A stretch of 64,000 bases of DNA from the human T2T-CHM13v2.0 reference genome, Homo sapiens, in the NCBI RefSeq assembly GCF_009914755.1, contig NC_060941.1. The stretch is one strand, 5' to 3'. The position numbers and the translations under genes are program-made. A model generated the notes under the pieces. That model made no database searches, was not told where the DNA came from, and worked only from the letters and a program-made list of their open reading frames with translations. This document shows, one piece after another, positions 55,473 to 64,000 of this stretch. Each line of letters begins with the position of its first letter. Position 1 is the stretch's first letter.

Positions 55473-56384
55473 GCAGCCTCCAAGATGACCTCCAGTGATC
55501 CCTGCCTCCTGGTGTTTACCCTTTTGTAGTCCCCTCATATTGTACCAGATTTGCTCTGTGTGACTAGTAGAAAATTGCAACAGTAATGGTATGTCCCTTC
55601 AAAGGCTAGTGTATAGAAAGACTTTGTGGCTTTTGCCTTGCTGTCTCTTGGATCAGTCACTAGCTGCTATGGTGTGAAGACATTCAAGCAGCCCTATGGA
55701 GAGGTACTTGTAGTGAGGAACTGAGGCCTTCAGCCAAGAGCCAACAAGAAACTGAGGCCTCCTGCTAACAGTCATCATGTGAGTGAGCCATCCTGAAGGT
55801 GGATTCTCTAGCCCCAGTCAAGTCTTAAGAGATTGAAGCCCCAGTCAATATCTAAATTGTACCTCATGACAAACAAACCCTAAGTCAGAACCACCCTGCT
55901 AAGCCCCTTCCCAATTTATGACCCACAGATACTATGAAATAAGAAACGTTTGTTGTTTTAAGCCATCAAATTTTGTGGTAATTTGCTATGCAGTAACAGA
56001 TAACTAATAGACCACATCTAGGAGAATTTGGAAAGAGTCACTTGAAGATCTATACAAATAGTAAAACTGAGCCTGATAAATCTAAATTGCTGCCCTAAGA
56101 TTACGTTATTCATGCTAGCCATTGTAAAAAAAAATCATTACTAAAGTTTTAAATATTATAATGTGTCCTTCTTGTTAAACACACATACACACGCAGAATA
56201 CAGAATTATGTGAATAGGCCTGGTGCGGTGACTCACGCTTGTAATCCCAGCACTTTGGGAGGCTGAGGAGGGTGGATCTCCTGAGATCAGGAGTTTGAGA
56301 TCAGCCTGACCAACACGGTGAAACCCCATCTCTACTAAAAATACAAAAATTAGCTGGGTGTGGTGGCAGGTGCCTGTAGTCCTA

Positions 56385-56489
<105 letters not shown>

Positions 56490-56945
56490 CTATGTCTTAA
56501 TAATAATAATAATTATACAAATAGGACAACTCCTTCAATCTTCTCTGAAACTGCCTTGATTCCATCCATTTCTGCACAATAATTCTTCAGCTTTTTCTTC
56601 CTTTTCATGAAATACATATTTTCATTTTCCCCAAAACTACCCAGTCTGTTTCTTTTGCTTAAAATAATAATAATAATTTTTTATTTTATTTTAGAGATGA
56701 GGTCTTGTTATGTTGCCCAGGCTGGCCTCAAACTCCTTGGGCTAAAGTGATCCTCCTGCCTCAGCCTCCCAAGTAGCTGGGACTATAGGCATGCTCCACC
56801 ACGCTCAGATTATAGTCAGAAGAATCTTAACAGTATTATAATGGATGTACCACAATTTAATCCATCTCCTCCTAATGGACACAACTTATTTAATTTTTAA
56901 TATTATTAATAATATTGCCACCTTCTTTACATCTTTGTGCACCTA

Positions 56946-57080
<135 letters not shown>

Positions 57081-57408
57081 TCAGTAAATTTTGTTTTGTA
57101 AGTTCAAAAGCAGTTTCTGTCTCATAAAGCAAAAAATATTAAGAAAGAAGATAAAATCAGTCAGCAGAGATGACCAGATAGGTAGAGACTGAGAATGTCA
57201 CAACCTCTGCTCACTCTTACAACCACCCTGGTAGCATTTTTACCCCCCTTCCCAGGAGTATTAACTCCAAAAGGAAGAAAGATCAAGTAGAAAGAAACGT
57301 AAACTAAGGTATTTTAAACATGAATTGAGATATAATTGAATTTGATTTAGTTTGCCTTAGATTAATAAGATTGTTTTCTGCTTCAGGCAGGATGGGGACT
57401 CAAGGTCA

Positions 57409-57681
<273 letters not shown>

Positions 57682-58203
57682 TCATGCCACTGTACAACCT
57701 GGGTGACAGAAAGAGACCCTCATTTCAAAAAACCAAATTAATTAACAAAATTAAATATAACTTTTCTTTTCTTTTTTTTTTTTTTTTTGAGACAGGTCTT
57801 GCTGTGTCACCCAGCCTGTAATGCAGTGGCGCCAGCTCAGCTCACTGTGACCTTGACCTTCTGGGCTCAAGTGATCCTCCCACCTCAGCCTCCCAAGCAG
57901 CTGGGACCACAGGCCCACACCACAACACCTCACTAATTTTTGAATTTTTTTGTAGAGATGGGGTCTCTCACTATGTTGCCCAGGCTGGTCTTGAACTCCT
58001 GGGCTCAAGTGATCCTCTCTTGGCCTCCCAAAGTGCTGAGATTACAGGTGTGAGCCACTGCTCCTGATTAAAAAGTTCTATTTTCCATATACCTGCACTT
58101 GGAGGACACTGTGGGTGAGCATCTGTGCACGACCGGTTCCTCACTTGCCTTGCGCTAGTCCCAGCCCTGCTCTTCATTTGCTGCTTTCAGAGGGTATCTT
58201 TCA

Positions 58204-58658
<455 letters not shown>

Positions 58659-59168
58659 TCATGTGTCCTTTAGACTTCTATGTTCACAGCCTTTCTTCAT
58701 AACAGGCCCCTCCCTTTTCTCCCTCGCATCCTAATAAACCTCTATTCTACCCTCTGCCAAATTTGTATTAAAAGTCGCACATGAGCCCAGACGACATCTG
58801 ATTCTCTGCAGCTAACAGAGGGCTGGCAACAGAAATCTCTCTTACATCCTGGCAATATGTAATATACTACCTTTCTCATCTAGTGATGAGAGTCCTTACG
58901 GGTCTAGTTTCTTCCTAAAGGATGCACCCTCTCTGAAACTAGACATCAACCTTATAACTTTGAATCATTCTCTAATTTGGCAAAAGCAGATCTTGCAAAA
59001 TAATTTTATACGTTCTATTTTGAAAATGCCACCTAGTGGACAGAGCTAGTAAGGTTTTCATGATAACAACCAGTCATGGGATAATCACGAGAGTGAGCCC
59101 AGGGATTTAGCAAACCCTCCAGCTGGGTCCACTTCAGCACACAAACCAGCCAAATGGCCTGTGATGAC

Positions 59169-59177
59169 TTTTCTTTT

Positions 59178-59253
<76 letters not shown>

Positions 59254-59278
59254 TTTCTTTCTTTCTTTTTTTTTTTTT
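59169..59278. repeat. (TTTC)n tetranucleotide microsatellite from an Alu tail
   Basis: Long TTTC run directly abutting a minus-strand Alu. Confidence 0.92.
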
Positions 59279-59280
59279 GA

Positions 59281-59439
<159 letters not shown>

Positions 59440-59813
59440 TAGTATAGACAGGGTTTCTCCATGTTGGTCAGGCTGGTCTCGAACTCCCGACCTCAGGCGA
59501 TCCACCTGCCTTGGCCTCCCAAAGTGCTGGGATTACAGGCATGAGCCACCGTGTCCTGCCCTGTGAAGACTTTTATCCTGTCTTTTCTGCTTCCCTCCAA
59601 ATTAATCATGACATAATAATTCAAAAGAAAATATTGGGGGCAGGCACGGTGGCTCACACCTGTAATCCCAGCACTTTGGGAGGCTGAGGTGGGCGGATCA
59701 CTTGAGGTCAGGAGTTCAAGACCAATCTGGCCAACATGGTGAAACCCCATCTCCACTAAAAATACAAAAATTAGCCGAGCATGATGGTTCATGCCTGTAA
59801 TTTCAGCTACTCA

Positions 59814-59972
<159 letters not shown>

Positions 59973-60659
59973 TCATGTTGTTATGACATCCAAGTTGCTA
60001 GCTATTGTAATGGCAAAATATTTGGGGAAAGTATATGGAACAAAGGTTCATGTGCTGGGCAATGATGGGAAGTTAGTAATTAGTATGTCCCCTCTCCAAC
60101 TGCATAGAATAGTTTACACTCAGCAGGAAAATCGCTAAACTAAAATTCCAAACATAATATGAGAATTCAATAGGTACTTTATTGTTTGAAAAAAAACATA
60201 TAAATCATGACTGTTTCTCCCCACCCCTAAGAGTAGTAATTTAAAACTCTGGAAATATTTTAAACAAAGATAGGAGGCATTCCTTTCTTTCAAATATGGA
60301 GTACTTTCAGATAAGATCCCTGAAATCTTCTTTTGAGAAATGTCAGGGCAAAACTGAGATCCAGTTTCTGAGTTTAGACAGAAAAATTGCTGAAACTTTT
60401 GAGAGTACTTGGAACTTCAAATTATCTGTGACTCCACCTTTCCTGAGTCACACAGCAGCCCATTACAGCCCTTTTCTGTTTCTTCCTTTGTGTTGCTCCG
60501 TCCTGGGTTTGGGAAATGGTTCATTTCCTCCTCTCTGCCCACTAGCAATTTCACATTTCAATTTCAGCTACAGGAAGGGACACAAATAAACACCTATTAG
60601 AAATTATGGGGTGAATAATTTTTTGGATGAGAAAGTTTCAAAAATCATGAGAGGCACCT

Positions 60660-61118
60660 ATGGCAGACCCCCTAGGGTCTTATATAATGTCCCCTCCGTA
60701 TGTCTCTGCTTTTAGACACAGCTGTGCTGAATAGTTCCATACAAGTTCAGATGCACCTAGCACTAATGGTGTCCATGAGTACCTGTGTGCATCTTGTTCA
60801 ATGCCCAGGACATTCTTCAGTGCCACAGGAACCTGCTAGACCCATGGACAAGTGCAGTCCAGGGTAACCCTCAGGCAGAGGGGGACAGGAATAGGTGATG
60901 ATCCAGCCTCCTTTCCTTTGGAAGAATCATTCTTGGAGGCCCTGGCTGACTGGAGCTCCTGATCTCCACAGTCGCAACCTGGATAATTACCTTTATATGA
61001 TCTTTTGCTCCTCTGTTTTACTGTCCTCCATCTCTCCTGTGATCACTTTCCAAATAAACTACCTTAATTCAATTCCTTGTCTCAGCCTCTGCTTTGAAGG
61101 GAACCCAATCTGTGTTCA
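60660..61118 (+). mobile_element. LTR16-like ERVL LTR
   Basis: GATCACTTTCCAAATAAACTACC...TCTCAGCCTCTGCTTTGAAGGGAACCCAA end motif. Confidence 0.55.
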
Positions 61119-61255
61119 CTAGGAGACAAGTGAGAAAGCATTCTGAAGTCCATTTTTGCTCTTAGTAAGTTAAGAAGAGTATACTTATTCTGGGCCAAGT
61201 GCGGTGGCTCATGCCTGTAATCCCAGCACTTTGGGAGGCTGAGGTGGGCAGATCA

Positions 61256-61522
<267 letters not shown>

Positions 61523-61574
61523 TTAAGTGGGGTGACATCTATTCCCATTTTTTATCTCTCTATGCTTAATATGC

Positions 61575-61930
61575 TGTTGCCACACTGGCCTTCTTTCTGT
61601 TTCTCAAACAAACCAGCCTATTCCTGTCTTAGGGTGTGTGGAGGAGTTGTTCCTTCTGCCTGGAACACTTTCTTTCTGTGGCTTCACATGACTGGCAGCA
61701 TCTTGTCATTCAAATCTCAATTCAACTGTCACTTTCTCAAAGAAAACAACCTTGATCACCAAAAGTAGCCACCATATACACACTCCCAACACCGTAACAT
61801 ATTACTTTGTTTTTTTTCTTCATAGCCGGTATAAATTTATCTGGTTAATTTATTGATCACCTATTTCCTCCTCAAAACCTAAGATCCAAGTACAAGTAGG
61901 TACTCAACATACATTTGCTGATTAATAAAT
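61575..61930 (+). mobile_element. L2 fragment
   Basis: CACACTGGCCTTCTTTCTGTTTCTC...TTCCTTCTGCCTGGAACAC...AGTAGGTACTCAACATACATTTGCTGA. Confidence 0.65.
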
Positions 61931-62641
61931 CTCCTGGGCCAGGCATGGTGGCTCATGCCTGTAATCCCAGCACTTTGGGAGGCCAAGTAGGCAGATCGCT
62001 TGAGCCCAGGAGTTTGAGACCAACCTGGGCAACATGGCAAAACCCTGTCTCTACAAAAAATAAAAATTAAAAAATAAGCTGGGGATGGTGGCATATGCCT
62101 TTGGTTCCAGCTACTGGGGAGGCAGAGGTAGGAGGATCTCTTGAGCCCAGGAGGCAGAGGTTGCCATAAGCTAAGATCGTGCCACTGCACTCCACCCTGG
62201 ATTATAGAGTGAGACTCTGTCTCAAAAAGTAATAATAATAAACCCAATAAATCTCCTTTTGCCTGTAAAGAATTGATAATGTTTTCTTGGACTTGTGTGC
62301 AAAAATAAATACAGATTTTTAACAGAGACTGCTCAGCTCACCAGTGTCTGGGAAAGGGCAGCCTAGCCTCTCCCTCTACATATATCAAAGGGTTGGAATA
62401 GAGCATTCCAAAGAATGATCTAAGTAGAAACCTCTGAAGGAAAATCTCTATGAACATTCCATTTGCCTTATGAGGAGCTTAAAATTTAGCTCCCCACTGA
62501 AGAATTTGTTTCACCTTCAGTACTTGGTTAGGCTTGCATTACCTTATCCAATGGCCTCTTTACCTCTTTGGCAAGGTCTAAATTTGTCACAGATGTGGGA
62601 TTTTTTGTTTTGTTTTTACAAAGTCTAAGTTTGTCACAGAT

Positions 62642-63157
62642 TGTAGGAGTCCAAGTGAGACAAAGTAGAGTTGGGGCTTGGCTTCATTCAGCTCACCCCC
62701 AACTAGAGCATTCCCACTGAAATGCTCACACAACTACGTCACTGCTAATAGTCCTTTTACTTAAAGAATTCCAGGAACTGGCCTTGGAGATAATCAAGGT
62801 CACAGAGTGTTCCCCCTCAGGAAGGAATGCTGAACAACTGATTTACAGCCTGGTTGCCCTGGCCAGACCACCAGCTGGCCCATTACTCAAGAAAACCATC
62901 ACAATCAGATATGCTGACCTGCATACCCTACCCATCACGTGTTTTGTCCAGCCCAGCCTGCATACCCTACCCTTGATGTCAATTCTCATGCTTTGCCTAC
63001 CAAAAAAGCCCTACCAGCTCTTCAGGGAATTCTTTCTTTTGTGCTGCCTCCCTTATGTCTCAGCATAAGCTCCAATGAAGCCTTGTCTGGGAAAGCTCTT
63101 TTGGCCTCATGTCAATTTCTTTTGCATTGAGAGCCCAAGAACCCATGGTCAGTAACA
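62642..63157 (+). mobile_element. Solo LTR, ERV1-like (family uncertain)
   Basis: TGTAGG...GAGCCCAAGAACCCATGGTCAGTAACA termini, with an internal CCTGCATACCCTACCC repeat. Confidence 0.6.
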
Positions 63158-63375
63158 TAAGGAGACATGACAACTAAATACAATGTGGGATCCTGGATTG
63201 GATCCCGGAACAGAAAAAAGATATTAGTAAAAAAACTGATAAGATCTAAATAAGGATTGTCATTTCCTTAAATAAAAAAAAAAAGTAACTATGAAAAATA
63301 GAATAGATATAAGACTAAGGTAGGCCATTCCCAGAATCCAGCTTTGAAATACTTTGCCTCCTTATCACAGAATCA

Positions 63376-63761
<386 letters not shown>

Positions 63762-63919
63762 TTAAAGAAGTTTCCTACCCATCATCTTTTTTCTTCTCCC
63801 CTCCCTCTTTCCCCATTCTTCTCTCTCCCTCTCAAATATATTTTGAATATGTTATGCCTGTATGAGGTATAAAACTCAGAAAGTACAAAAATATATGTGT
63901 AGTTCAGATTAATAGTAAG

Positions 63920-64000
63920 TGTGGTAGGCTGAATAATGATCCTCCCTAAAATAAAATATTTACATCCTAATCCCTGGAACCTGTGAATGTTATCTTATAT
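63920..64000 (+). mobile_element. Start of an MLT1-family LTR
   Basis: TGTGGTAGGCTGAATAATG...ATCCTAATCCCTGGAACCTGTGAATGTTA. Confidence 0.7.

Noticed and set aside
62574-62641. 22-bp imperfect direct repeat (…GTCTAA(A/G)TTTGTCACAGAT)
   Set aside because: Short local duplication with no recognisable insert or function.

Overview
Human (primate, Alu-rich) genomic DNA from the 5' end of APPBP2. The gene identity comes from recall of the protein N-terminus; from recall the locus is 17q23, upstream of PPM1D. The only protein-coding sequence supported is APPBP2 exon 1 (minus strand, CDS 14848-14711, 46 codons) in a CpG-island, probably bidirectional, promoter. Positions 1-14710 are intron 1. The rest is transposon-dominated: dozens of Alus, an internally deleted L1MA-type element, a human-specific SVA_F1 carrying MAST2 exon 1, a deleted HERV-S/LTR18 provirus with a tRNA-Ser primer site, several solo LTRs and DNA transposons. 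There are two processed pseudogenes, of SF3B6 and RPSA. The most novel-looking element is a ~580-bp insertion at 50851-51432 flanked by target-site duplications (TSDs). It looks like a full-length retrocopy of a THE1-LTR-initiated, spliced, polyadenylated non-coding transcript. Almost all ORFs in the supplied track are repeat-derived artefacts. Repeat family names are recognised by eye and boundaries are approximate unless a TSD is quoted.
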